Shown piece by piece: positions 10,592-19,116 of a stretch of 64,000 nucleotides of DNA. The notes beneath the pieces are model-generated. The model saw nothing but the letters and a program-made list of their open reading frames with translations, had not been told where the DNA came from and ran no database searches. Each line of letters begins with the position of its first letter. Position 1 is the first letter of the stretch. The stretch lies in NCBI GenBank assembly GCA_963701295.1, contig OY969585.1:1-64000 (forward strand), written 5' to 3'. The translations under genes were made by a program, and so were the position numbers. This DNA comes from Ignavibacteriota bacterium. Its GTDB lineage: Bacteria; Bacteroidota; Ignavibacteria; UBA10030.

Positions 10592-10626
10592 AAAAAGAAG
10601 CCGGGACCGTTGAACGGTCCCGGCTT
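10592..10626 (-). terminator. Intrinsic terminator of the exbB/tonB operon
   Basis: Perfect 13-bp stem AAGCCGGGACCGT-tga-ACGGTCCCGGCTT with a T-rich tail on the minus strand. Confidence 0.85.
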
Positions 10627-10649
10627 TTCAAAAGACGGGAATTATAATA

Positions 10650-11666
10650 TTACTTTAAGCGGATCGAAGCAATGACTTTTTCAAATGCGGGCAAGAAGTC
10701 CTTCTTCATCGGAGCATAATAGTTTAGAATAATACGATAAATTTTATCATTTTTGACGATAAAATAAACTCGACTGTCAATGTTCCTAACTTTTTGCGGT
10801 ACATAGTTCAAATATATGGCTTTATCGCTGCCGACATTCGTTTCACCCTTCGATTTGGGATTAAAAAATTTTGTATTCTGTTCTATAACCTTCTCTAGCG
10901 AAAGCTTCTTTGCCGGTCGTATATCAATGTCGATGCTGCAATCATTCCGCATACCGTCCTTATTCCCGGCAAATCGTACTCCAGAGATCATATCTCCCTT
11001 TTTAGGCAATTCATTCGGACCAAAATTGGCAGGATATTCCAATTGAATATAATTATCAGAGTACTTCTCAACTTGTGCAAGAGGAATTGCAGGATCCATA
11101 CCCTTCGGTATAACAATTTTCTGAGGTAGTATTAACGATGCCAAGATGGAATCGAACACAGGTTTATAGGGAACAAAAAGGTCATTGAAAGCTGCGTATT
11201 GAACATAGTACATCGTGGAATCTTTCAAGGTTGCAACATAAATCGTCTTGATTTTAGTTTTCTCATCAATGACACCAGAATAACTGATTTTTTTTGCATC
11301 AAGTCCGTTTATCTTTACATCTTCCATTTCGGTCACTTTATATCCTTCCGATTCCTTGGTAGCTTTAAAATCGCCAACATACTTTACAAAATCCTGCAAG
11401 GAATCACTGCGTTCTGACGCGATGACAACCTGGACGCCGTCAGCTTTTCGCGAATCACGATCGAAAAATTTCTCTGCCGCTTCAGCAGATGAAGAAATGA
11501 CGACTTTTGTCGGCTCAGTAACAACTATCCAATCTTTTGGATAGTTAAATGAGACCTTAAAAAACTGATCTTGAAATTGTGTCCAATCTTTTACTTCAAT
11601 TGCTTTCTTTGAACAACAGGGAAACATCATAATAATAAGTACAAATAAGATGACTTTATTCTTCAT
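10650..11666 (-). CDS. Lipoprotein with two PsbP/DcrB-like repeats
   Basis: Lipoprotein-type signal (FPCCSKK); two repeated units (F.YP..W ... F..IL.S) resembling the PsbP/Mog1p fold. Confidence 0.6.
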   Translation of the reverse strand: MKNKVILFVLIIMMFPCCSKKAIEVKDWTQFQDQFFKVSFNYPKDWIVVTEPTKVVISSSAEAAEKFFDRDSRKADGVQVVIASERSDSLQDFVKYVGDFKATKESEGYKVTEMEDVKINGLDAKKISYSGVIDEKTKIKTIYVATLKDSTMYYVQYAAFNDLFVPYKPVFDSILASLILPQKIVIPKGMDPAIPLAQVEKYSDNYIQLEYPANFGPNELPKKGDMISGVRFAGNKDGMRNDCSIDIDIRPAKKLSLEKVIEQNTKFFNPKSKGETNVGSDKAIYLNYVPQKVRNIDSRVYFIVKNDKIYRIILNYYAPMKKDFLPAFEKVIASIRLK

Positions 11667-11760
11667 AGCGGTTCCTTTCATTTCAGACTATGTATAAAAA
11701 TCGTTTTACTTGGTTCATTTTCATTCTGTCGATAGATTGACTTGCACTTCAATATTATTC

Positions 11761-13479
11761 CTACTGCAAATCTTTTAATGCCTTCTTTGCATCTTCATTC
11801 TTTGGATCAAGCTGAAGCGTGCGCTTGTACTCCTTAATAGCCTCTTCCTTTCTGCTTGTATTCAGGACATCTAGTGTGTTTAAATTCTGATAACATTTTC
11901 CCAAATTGAGATGGGTCTGAGCTATATCCTCTTTATATTTAATCGACTTCTTGAGATACGAAATGGCATCTTCCCATTTATGTATCGATTCTACATCTGT
12001 AGATTTTTTTTCTACCATAATCGAGAGTGCAATCATACGATAGGAATCTGCAAGATCAATTTTATATCTCCATTCTGATGTATCCACAACTTTGATAGCT
12101 GTTTCAAACATTCTTCTCCCAGCATTAAAATCTTTCATTTGAAAATAACAGAACCCAAGATTTGTATATGCCGGTGGAAATTTTGGGTTCTTTGCTATCG
12201 CAATCTTAAGAGCAGAGACCGCATTTCCAAATTGTTCTTGCTGCATCCTGCATTGAGCATAATTGATATACGCGCTCACAGCATTTGAGTCAAGTTGTAT
12301 TCTCTTCTGATAAAATTCTGCAGCCCGTTCATACGATCTCAAATACATCCAAACCGATGCGATTTGATCAATATAGAATGATCGGACATTGAGCGGCTGC
12401 GTCGTATCTTTGATTCCTTCTTCCCATGTCATTGCCGCAAGTGAATCTTTCTTTAATTGTCTGTACGAAGCGCCGAGCCAACGATAATCTTCAAATTCTA
12501 ATGTGTCTACTTTTTTAAAACTTTCAATGGCTTGTACGTATTTCTTTTCATTAAAATAGCCATTGGCTATCGCCCGGTATGCAAGAGGTGAGTTTGGTTC
12601 GATCTTTAAGAATGCTTGACCTACCTGCGCGGCCTCTTTATATTGCCTGGCACGAAGGAGTGCTTCCAGATACATTGATTGAATATCTTTGGGTGGATTT
12701 ATTTCTTTCTTGAAGTAGTCTTTAAGAGTTGCCGCACAGTTTGTCCATTGTTTTGCTCGATAATATAAACGCGCAAGTTCTAAACGGGAAGCATCATTGT
12801 TAGGATCAAGGGCAAGTATCTTACTATATACATGTGCTGCTTCTGTATATTGACGTTCCTTCATATATGCATTTGCAAGCTTGTAGAGAACTCTTGGTTG
12901 TACAGAATCAATTTCCAATGAATTTTCGTAACCAGTGATCGCCATGGGTGCAACCTTCTGCTTCACATAGGCATCTCCTATGACCTCATATGCAGTTGCA
13001 TTTCTTGAATCTAACTCTTTTGCTTCTGAAGCAGCAACCAAAGCCGCATCTGCGGAGTCAGCTGCAATGAGAATCTGCCCAAGTACCACGAGCAACGGTG
13101 GATACTTCGGCTGTTTCTTCCCTATCATTTTCAACCCGGCTTTTGCAGTTGCATAGGCACCTTGAACATTCTTTTTTTCAAGTTGCACTTGTGCAAGGAG
13201 CGTATATCCTTCCAATAACTCGTCATCTAACTGTATTACTTTCTTTGCGGCGTTTTCTGCAGAGTCAAGCAGACCGATTTGCTGAAGAGCTTTCGCAAGA
13301 AGCAACCATGCATTTTCATCTTTCTGGTTGGATTGGAGATAACCTTGACATACCGTAATAGCCTCGGTGATTTTTTTTTGTTTTAACAGTTCCTTAGCTT
13401 TATCAATTTGCGGCTGACTGAAAAGTGAAGCCGCAGCAGTGACGAGAATGAGAATAACAACTGAGAGTATGCGTTTCAT
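11761..13479 (-). CDS. Exported tetratricopeptide repeat protein
   Basis: Signal peptide MKRILSVVILILVTAAASLFS; many TPR units (AYEVIGDAY, AYTNLGFCY, LQLDPKN). Confidence 0.88.
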   Translation of the reverse strand: MKRILSVVILILVTAAASLFSQPQIDKAKELLKQKKITEAITVCQGYLQSNQKDENAWLLLAKALQQIGLLDSAENAAKKVIQLDDELLEGYTLLAQVQLEKKNVQGAYATAKAGLKMIGKKQPKYPPLLVVLGQILIAADSADAALVAASEAKELDSRNATAYEVIGDAYVKQKVAPMAITGYENSLEIDSVQPRVLYKLANAYMKERQYTEAAHVYSKILALDPNNDASRLELARLYYRAKQWTNCAATLKDYFKKEINPPKDIQSMYLEALLRARQYKEAAQVGQAFLKIEPNSPLAYRAIANGYFNEKKYVQAIESFKKVDTLEFEDYRWLGASYRQLKKDSLAAMTWEEGIKDTTQPLNVRSFYIDQIASVWMYLRSYERAAEFYQKRIQLDSNAVSAYINYAQCRMQQEQFGNAVSALKIAIAKNPKFPPAYTNLGFCYFQMKDFNAGRRMFETAIKVVDTSEWRYKIDLADSYRMIALSIMVEKKSTDVESIHKWEDAISYLKKSIKYKEDIAQTHLNLGKCYQNLNTLDVLNTSRKEEAIKEYKRTLQLDPKNEDAKKALKDLQ

Positions 13480-13486
13480 TGATGTT

Positions 13487-14389
13487 TCACTCCGCATGTA
13501 GCTGAATAGTGCGATATGGAATTGAAGCGGGAACTAAACCCGCTCTCTGAATAATTTTTTGTCCAACATTTGAGAGTACCAGTGCGCCGAAACCTACTCC
13601 AACAGACGTCTTTGTTTCTGCGTTGTAAAGATACAAAGAATAATGGAACGGGTAAAGGGTATTATAAATTTCTTGCTGCTGCGGTACATATTTATTCTCA
13701 ATCCCCTCCGGTGATTTTGCAATAACTGGAATCACTTTTATTTGCTCTCTCTCATCGTTTACCAGCGATGCGGCAACACATCCAACCGACTTTGAATGCG
13801 TAGATACATACTTTACTACTTCGCTTTGATTTGGCATAACAGTCGTTGGTTCCAATGGTTTCGATACCGAAAAAATTCTTTTCTGAAGTAGTTCGTACAT
13901 TCCGGAATTCTTGCTTGTTAAAACAAAATCGATGACGCCGGACCAATGAGCTTCAGTGATCTGGCTCCAATCCTTTACTGTGTTTGTAACAATATTCCGA
14001 ACAGATTCTGTGCGGATGCTTGAGATTGGATTTTGCTTATGAACGATAATAGCAATGCCATCCTCAGCAATTCTGTTTTCAACGATTCTGATGGCAGTTT
14101 GTTGAATGACCTGCTGTTCTTCTTCATTGAATTGTCGGTCGATCACAATCGAATGCACACTGTCATTCAGCAGAAGGACAACTGCCTCACGAGTAGAAGC
14201 ACTGCACACCTCCATCTTCACTTCCGGATAAATGCTCATGAACTGTTCCACTTCTTGCTGCATGAGAGGTACATAGGGATCGGCTGTCAAAAGAAGACGA
14301 TGTCCGGATGTAGCCGTCTCCACTTTTTTCTTACACCCGCCAATGCCCGTCAAAAGAATGAGAAGTATGGAGAAAAAAAACCGTTTCAT
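13487..14389 (-). CDS. PstS-like substrate-binding lipoprotein (PBP type 2)
   Basis: Lipobox GIGGC; IAEDGIAIIVHKQNP, NSG, YPF...LY, GQKIIQRAGLVP typical of PstS-like proteins; no ABC permease nearby. Confidence 0.8.
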   Translation of the reverse strand: MKRFFFSILLILLTGIGGCKKKVETATSGHRLLLTADPYVPLMQQEVEQFMSIYPEVKMEVCSASTREAVVLLLNDSVHSIVIDRQFNEEEQQVIQQTAIRIVENRIAEDGIAIIVHKQNPISSIRTESVRNIVTNTVKDWSQITEAHWSGVIDFVLTSKNSGMYELLQKRIFSVSKPLEPTTVMPNQSEVVKYVSTHSKSVGCVAASLVNDEREQIKVIPVIAKSPEGIENKYVPQQQEIYNTLYPFHYSLYLYNAETKTSVGVGFGALVLSNVGQKIIQRAGLVPASIPYRTIQLHAE

Positions 14390-14601
14390 TCCTCTTCGTC
14401 TTCATGTTTCCGGTGAGCCCGAGTTTTGGTAAGGACAAATCGGTACACTCCCCAAAGTATCATAACGATGCCAAACATCATCCGCATTTGAATCGGTATA
14501 TATTGGAACGCAAGACCGCTCACAATAATGATTCCAAACACAAAGGTAACCGTAGAGACCGAGTAACCGAGGTAAATCGAAATGTTGGAGAGTTTCAACA
14601 C
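14386..14601 (-). CDS. Small two-TM membrane protein (71 aa)
   Basis: Two hydrophobic helices, FGIVMILWGVYRF, charged tail; ATGA overlap with the downstream gene. Confidence 0.75.
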   Translation of the reverse strand: MLKLSNISIYLGYSVSTVTFVFGIIIVSGLAFQYIPIQMRMMFGIVMILWGVYRFVLTKTRAHRKHEDEEE

Positions 14602-14708
14602 TATGAATTCCCTAATTCTAAAACGTGCGAAGCTGATAAGTCTCAGTAACAGTGCACATCTGTGTGTTCTGTTTCCCTACGCTCATCAGCTTCGACGTTG
14701 TTTAATGA

Positions 14709-15428
14709 TTATTTATTTCCTGTGAGTCTAAACCGGAATGGAATGGAAACCCATACCGATACGGGTCCTTTCTGCATCACTGCCGGAGTAAAAACCCACT
14801 GGCTTGCAGCTGCAATCGCAGCCTCTTCGAAAATTGGGGCATCACTCTTGAGAAGGACAACCTTCCGTACTTTTCCTTCTTTGTCCACCCACACTTTCAC
14901 AAACACGTTGCCTTCCAAGCCAGCACGTAAAGCAAGATCTGGATACTTCGGTTCAATACGTTTGATAACCGTGGGTTCTTTTTCATACGGAACAAAATCC
15001 GGAGGAGGTCCTTCATCTTCAATCTTCAGTTCTGCCCCACCTGTTCCACCACCGCCGGCATCCAATGCTGGTGCAGCTTGCTGGCTCAACTCTGTCTGCG
15101 ATGCAATTGTTTGTTCAGGGCTTACCTCTGCATCAGGCACAGGAACCGGAATACCAACGCTTGGCTTCACTGCTGCCCCAGCTACTGCAACGGCAGGCGC
15201 TGCTTGACTGGTCAATGATGGAGGTGGTCCAAGATCTGAGTATTTCATGATGCGGACCATATGAACAGGTTCTTCTTCTTCGGTCAACCATGCAACAAGA
15301 TAATACGAACCAATGAAAGAAAAGCTCAGAATGGAGGCCGCCACAACACCGATCATCATATATTTTTGGGCAACTGCCTTGAGTTCTATTGCTCCGTATT
15401 TTTGCGTTACTGCTATTGTCTGTGTCAT
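14709..15428 (-). CDS. tonB: Energy transducer TonB
   Basis: N-terminal YGA.EL + TM, Pro-rich linker, C-terminal YPDLALRAGLEGNVFVKVWVDKEG..WVFTPA..V.IPFRF. Confidence 0.92.
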   Translation of the reverse strand: MTQTIAVTQKYGAIELKAVAQKYMMIGVVAASILSFSFIGSYYLVAWLTEEEEPVHMVRIMKYSDLGPPPSLTSQAAPAVAVAGAAVKPSVGIPVPVPDAEVSPEQTIASQTELSQQAAPALDAGGGGTGGAELKIEDEGPPPDFVPYEKEPTVIKRIEPKYPDLALRAGLEGNVFVKVWVDKEGKVRKVVLLKSDAPIFEEAAIAAASQWVFTPAVMQKGPVSVWVSIPFRFRLTGNK

Positions 15429-15436
15429 ATCATCTC

Positions 15437-15934
15437 CTATCCCGCCACCCTTGCTATCAGTTTCTTGTCCGTATCTTTCATCGGCGCGATGCTGAAGCGT
15501 GTGATATTAGCAAGATTCAACTCATCGATGATATCAACCATATCGTTATATTTTGCTTCACGATCGATTTGTACAAGCGTAATAAGTTTTGGAATACCAC
15601 GAAGTTTTTCGATCAACAACGGTCGTAACTCTCTAAATGCGATCTTCTTCAGAGCGGTCTGCTCATTTCCCATGTTCCAATAGATCTCCATATTCGGCGC
15701 AACTCGAACTATGAGCAATGTCGTTGCAGCAACCTCCACCTGGACCTTGCTATCCGGCGGCAAGTTGAGTTCCATTGTTTGCGGTTTATTGAAAACCGTT
15801 GTAAGCATGAAGAATGTCAGCAACAGCATCGCCACGTCCACCATCGGTGTCATGTCGATACGAACGCCGGCGCGCTTCTTTTTCTTCTTTCCTTTTGCAT
15901 GCGATTTCGATTCAACAACATCTGCACCGGCCAT
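15437..15934 (-). CDS. exbD: ExbD/TolR family protein
   Basis: RIDMTPMVDVAMLLLTFFML; AKYNDMVDIIDEL. Confidence 0.93.
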   Translation of the reverse strand: MAGADVVESKSHAKGKKKKKRAGVRIDMTPMVDVAMLLLTFFMLTTVFNKPQTMELNLPPDSKVQVEVAATTLLIVRVAPNMEIYWNMGNEQTALKKIAFRELRPLLIEKLRGIPKLITLVQIDREAKYNDMVDIIDELNLANITRFSIAPMKDTDKKLIARVAG

Positions 15935-15936
15935 TT

Positions 15937-16404
15937 TTATACTCCTTTATTCAATTCAGTGACAAGATTAAAACGCGTAATCTGTGCTTTCACCAAGACA
16001 TCCATAACATCTTCCATCGGCCCGTACGGAGCATCTTTATCACCCTTGACAACCGTGCGAAGCTTCGGATCGTTGATACGCGCTTGAATAAGAATATTAC
16101 CAAGCATGTTTTTGTCTACTTCAATGGCACGTTTGTATTTATTTTGTGTTCCAAACAAGCGCTCCATTAAACCCTGGGCATCAACACCAAGATAAATTTT
16201 GCCTTCCTTGTTCACATACACCATCATAATGTGCGATTCAGGCAGCTTAAACTGCGAATGTGACGCTGGGAGAATTACTTCCACATCTTCGGGTGGTTTG
16301 AACTGCGTCGTCATCATAAAAAACGTGAGCAATAACATCGCCACATCCACCATTGGTGTCATGTCGATGCGAGTGCCGAGTCTTTTCTTTTTATGTTTTG
16401 GCAT
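15937..16404 (-). CDS. exbD: ExbD/TolR family protein
   Basis: RIDMTPMVDVAMLLLTFFMM; KGDKDAPYGPMEDVMDVL. Confidence 0.93.
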   Translation of the reverse strand: MPKHKKKRLGTRIDMTPMVDVAMLLLTFFMMTTQFKPPEDVEVILPASHSQFKLPESHIMMVYVNKEGKIYLGVDAQGLMERLFGTQNKYKRAIEVDKNMLGNILIQARINDPKLRTVVKGDKDAPYGPMEDVMDVLVKAQITRFNLVTELNKGV

Positions 16405-16421
16405 AACGTCACCTTTCCCGG

Positions 16422-17156
16422 TTACTTCTTATGCGGTCTGCGTGAAGCTAATGATTGAATTATGGAATAGCTTGCTTCGTCAATCATGTAAGTAAAGTTG
16501 TCGATTTTCGTGACAAAGAAATTGTAGGCAACAATACCGCCGATACCAGCAATAAGACCGCCAGCAGTGTTAATAAGCGCTTCTGAGATACCAAGGGCAA
16601 GTTGAACGGCATCCGGAGCACCGGCGCGAGACATAGCTTGGAATGAACGGATCATACCGATAACTGTTCCCAGCAATCCTACCATGGTTCCGATAGAAGC
16701 AATTGTAGACATCATGGACAAATTACGTTCTAGCATGGGAACTTCAAGCATAGTTGCTTCTTCAATAGAGCGTTGAATACTTTCCATCAACTCTTTTTGT
16801 CCTTTAATATCGCCTTCTTCAACTACCGTTTTATATCTTTCTAAACCGGCATGAAGAACATTGGCGCAGGAACCGCGCTGTTTATCGCATGCTGTGAGTG
16901 CCGTATCGATATCGCCTGCATTGACGGCTTGTTGTACGTTCCTCAAAAAAACTGTCATATTGCCTCTTCCGTTTGCTTTTTTTAAGGTGAGCATCCGCTC
17001 AATAATAACAGCGATGAGCATAATCACCAATGCGATAAGGCCAACGACAAGAGGACCACCATCTGTAATTACTTTCGGTAATGTAAATTCGAAAATCACC
17101 CAACCGACCACGAAGGCTAGGACAATAACGATTGTATTAAACGTTGAAGTCTTCAT
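16422..17156 (-). CDS. exbB: MotA/TolQ/ExbB proton channel
   Basis: IASIGTMVGLLGTVIGMIRSF, LALGISEALINTAGG. Confidence 0.94.
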   Translation of the reverse strand: MKTSTFNTIVIVLAFVVGWVIFEFTLPKVITDGGPLVVGLIALVIMLIAVIIERMLTLKKANGRGNMTVFLRNVQQAVNAGDIDTALTACDKQRGSCANVLHAGLERYKTVVEEGDIKGQKELMESIQRSIEEATMLEVPMLERNLSMMSTIASIGTMVGLLGTVIGMIRSFQAMSRAGAPDAVQLALGISEALINTAGGLIAGIGGIVAYNFFVTKIDNFTYMIDEASYSIIQSLASRRPHKK

Positions 17157-17202
17157 GAAACTTGCTCCTGATTATGTGAAATTGGATTAGTATATGTATG
17201 AT

Positions 17203-17550
17203 TTATTTTTTAAGACTATTGATCGCTTTATTGCGATCTTCTTCAACATCAAAAACACCAGTAAGTTTTGTAATAACAAATACATTCTGAACACCTTTTG
17301 CAACATTGCACAGTTTAATCTGACCGCTCACTTTCTGATACATCGAGTGGATACCGACAAGCGCACCAAGGCCGGAGCTATTGATATATGAAATACCACC
17401 AAGATCCAACACAAGCTTTTTGTTTCCTTGCTCGATGAGATCTTTCGCTTTTGCCTTCAACTCGTCTGTCTCTTCACCGCCGATGAGGGAACCACGCGGC
17501 TCCAACACAGCTAAATCAAGATTATTGAGTGTGGTGAGTTTTGTTGACAT
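17203..17550 (-). CDS. STAS-domain anti-sigma-factor antagonist
   Basis: LVLDLGGISYINSSGLGALV, IKLCN...VF.ITKL..VF. Confidence 0.92.
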   Translation of the reverse strand: MSTKLTTLNNLDLAVLEPRGSLIGGEETDELKAKAKDLIEQGNKKLVLDLGGISYINSSGLGALVGIHSMYQKVSGQIKLCNVAKGVQNVFVITKLTGVFDVEEDRNKAINSLKK

Positions 17551-17601
17551 AGTATTTCCTCGACATTTTTCGGTTCAATGAACATTTCTCTTGCATATCT
17601 T

Positions 17602-17777
17602 TCACATTCAGTACCACAAATTTCTGGTACTTTACGGCTCATTTTAACACAAAATCTGTATATTGAGATTATCAAAAGAGAAGGCTTGGGGAATATTTCC
17701 TCATAAAAAAGGAGAGAACAGCAGAAAAAAGAAAACTTCAGGTATTTGCTTGGGAAAAGGTCGAGGAAAAATTCCCC
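17602..17777 (-). promoter_or_regulatory. Candidate sigma54 promoter plus paired enhancer sites upstream of the STAS-exbB operon
   Basis: Minus-strand TGGTACTGAATGTGA (17602-17616, weak -24/-12); GGGGAATATTTCCTC (17688-17702) and GAGGAAAAATTCCCC (17763-17777) are near-perfect reverse complements. Confidence 0.4.
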
Positions 17778-17788
17778 GCGTCACAATG

Positions 17789-19111
17789 CTATAACCCAAA
17801 TTTCTTTCGTTTGTTAAGTAGTGTTTTTCTGTCAACACCAAGAATACGAGCTGCTTCGTCGTAATCTTTTGCAATTTGTAGGATTTTTTTAATCTGAACC
17901 TTTTCGGTTTCTTCTAATGAAAGTGCTTTGGGTTCAGAAGCAGTGCGGATTTCTTCCGGCAGGTGACTCATTTCAATGACACCATTCGCCGAGAGAAGCG
18001 CTGCACGTTCAATAACATTTTCCAATTCTCGAACATTACCGCTCCATCGGTACACTTTTAATGCTTTGTCGGCGTCTGGCGATATTTCGATATTCTTTTC
18101 TTTGGAAAATTTTTCTAGAAAATGATGAATAAGGAATGGTACATCTTCCGGACGTTCACGAAGCGGTGGCAATTTGATGCGAACACCGTTTAAACGGTAA
18201 AAGAGATCCTCGCGGAAACTTCCTTCTTTTAACGCTTCGTCTAAATTGCGATTCGTAGCAGAAATGACCCGCACATCCACTTTGCGTGTGACATTTTCAC
18301 CGACACGCTCGAAATCCTTTGTTTGCAGTACACGCAGCAATTTGGATTGGATGGAGGAAGAAAGCTCTCCAATTTCATCTAAGAAGATCGTTCCGCCATC
18401 AGCCATCTCAAACCGACCTTGACGATCTTTCAACGCACCTGTGAACGCTCCGCGAACATGACCAAAAAGTTCGCTTTCTAATAGTTGCTCAGGAATGGCT
18501 GCACAATTCACCTTAACAAATGGCTTCTCAGCACGATCGCTCTTCCGATGAACATAGTGTGCTACCAATTCTTTTCCTGTCCCACTTTCACCTTCAATGA
18601 GAATACTGATTGAGCTTTCAGCCACACGCGCCGCAAGATCAAGTAGCTCGATCATTCCGCGATTACGCGTGACAATATCTCCATTGCCTTGTATGGAGGC
18701 AAGCTCCTCGCGAAGTTCTGCCATCTCGTGAATGAGTTGATGATGTTCGAACACTTTCCGCGTAAACAACTTCAGTTCCTCAAAATCGAACGGCTTCTGC
18801 AGATAATCATAAGCGCCTTTTTTGATCGCGATGACAGCCGTATCGATTGAACCATGTGCCGTCATAATAATAACTGTTGTACCCGGCGAGTATTGCTTGA
18901 TTTCCAAAAGGATTTCTATTCCATCCATTGGCGACATTTTTAGATCGACAAAAGCAACATCAAATCTATTCTGCTGGAGTAATTGTAATACTTCCTGCGG
19001 TTTCGAGCAGAGAGTTGCTTCGATGCCGATAGATTCTAAACAGATGCCAATAGTATTGAGAATGTTTTTTTCGTCATCAACGACAAGCGCTTTAGTTTTT
19101 TTTTGCTGCAT
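17789..19111 (-). CDS. Sigma54-dependent response regulator (NtrC/AtoC family: REC-AAA+-Fis HTH)
   Basis: GESGTGKE, ESELFGH, GAFTGA, FLDEIG, FREDLFYRL, WSGNVRELEN, AARILGVDRKTL. Confidence 0.95.
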   Translation of the reverse strand: MQQKKTKALVVDDEKNILNTIGICLESIGIEATLCSKPQEVLQLLQQNRFDVAFVDLKMSPMDGIEILLEIKQYSPGTTVIIMTAHGSIDTAVIAIKKGAYDYLQKPFDFEELKLFTRKVFEHHQLIHEMAELREELASIQGNGDIVTRNRGMIELLDLAARVAESSISILIEGESGTGKELVAHYVHRKSDRAEKPFVKVNCAAIPEQLLESELFGHVRGAFTGALKDRQGRFEMADGGTIFLDEIGELSSSIQSKLLRVLQTKDFERVGENVTRKVDVRVISATNRNLDEALKEGSFREDLFYRLNGVRIKLPPLRERPEDVPFLIHHFLEKFSKEKNIEISPDADKALKVYRWSGNVRELENVIERAALLSANGVIEMSHLPEEIRTASEPKALSLEETEKVQIKKILQIAKDYDEAARILGVDRKTLLNKRKKFGL

Positions 19112-19116
19112 ATTCC

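Noticed and set aside
14640-14692. Hammerhead ribozyme-like core on the minus strand (CTGATGAG...GAAAC...GTT)
   Set aside because: Stem II cannot form (G-CGTAG-G) and the bases after the putative cleavage site do not pair with those before CTGATGA; the CTGATGAG is instead sequestered in the long hairpin
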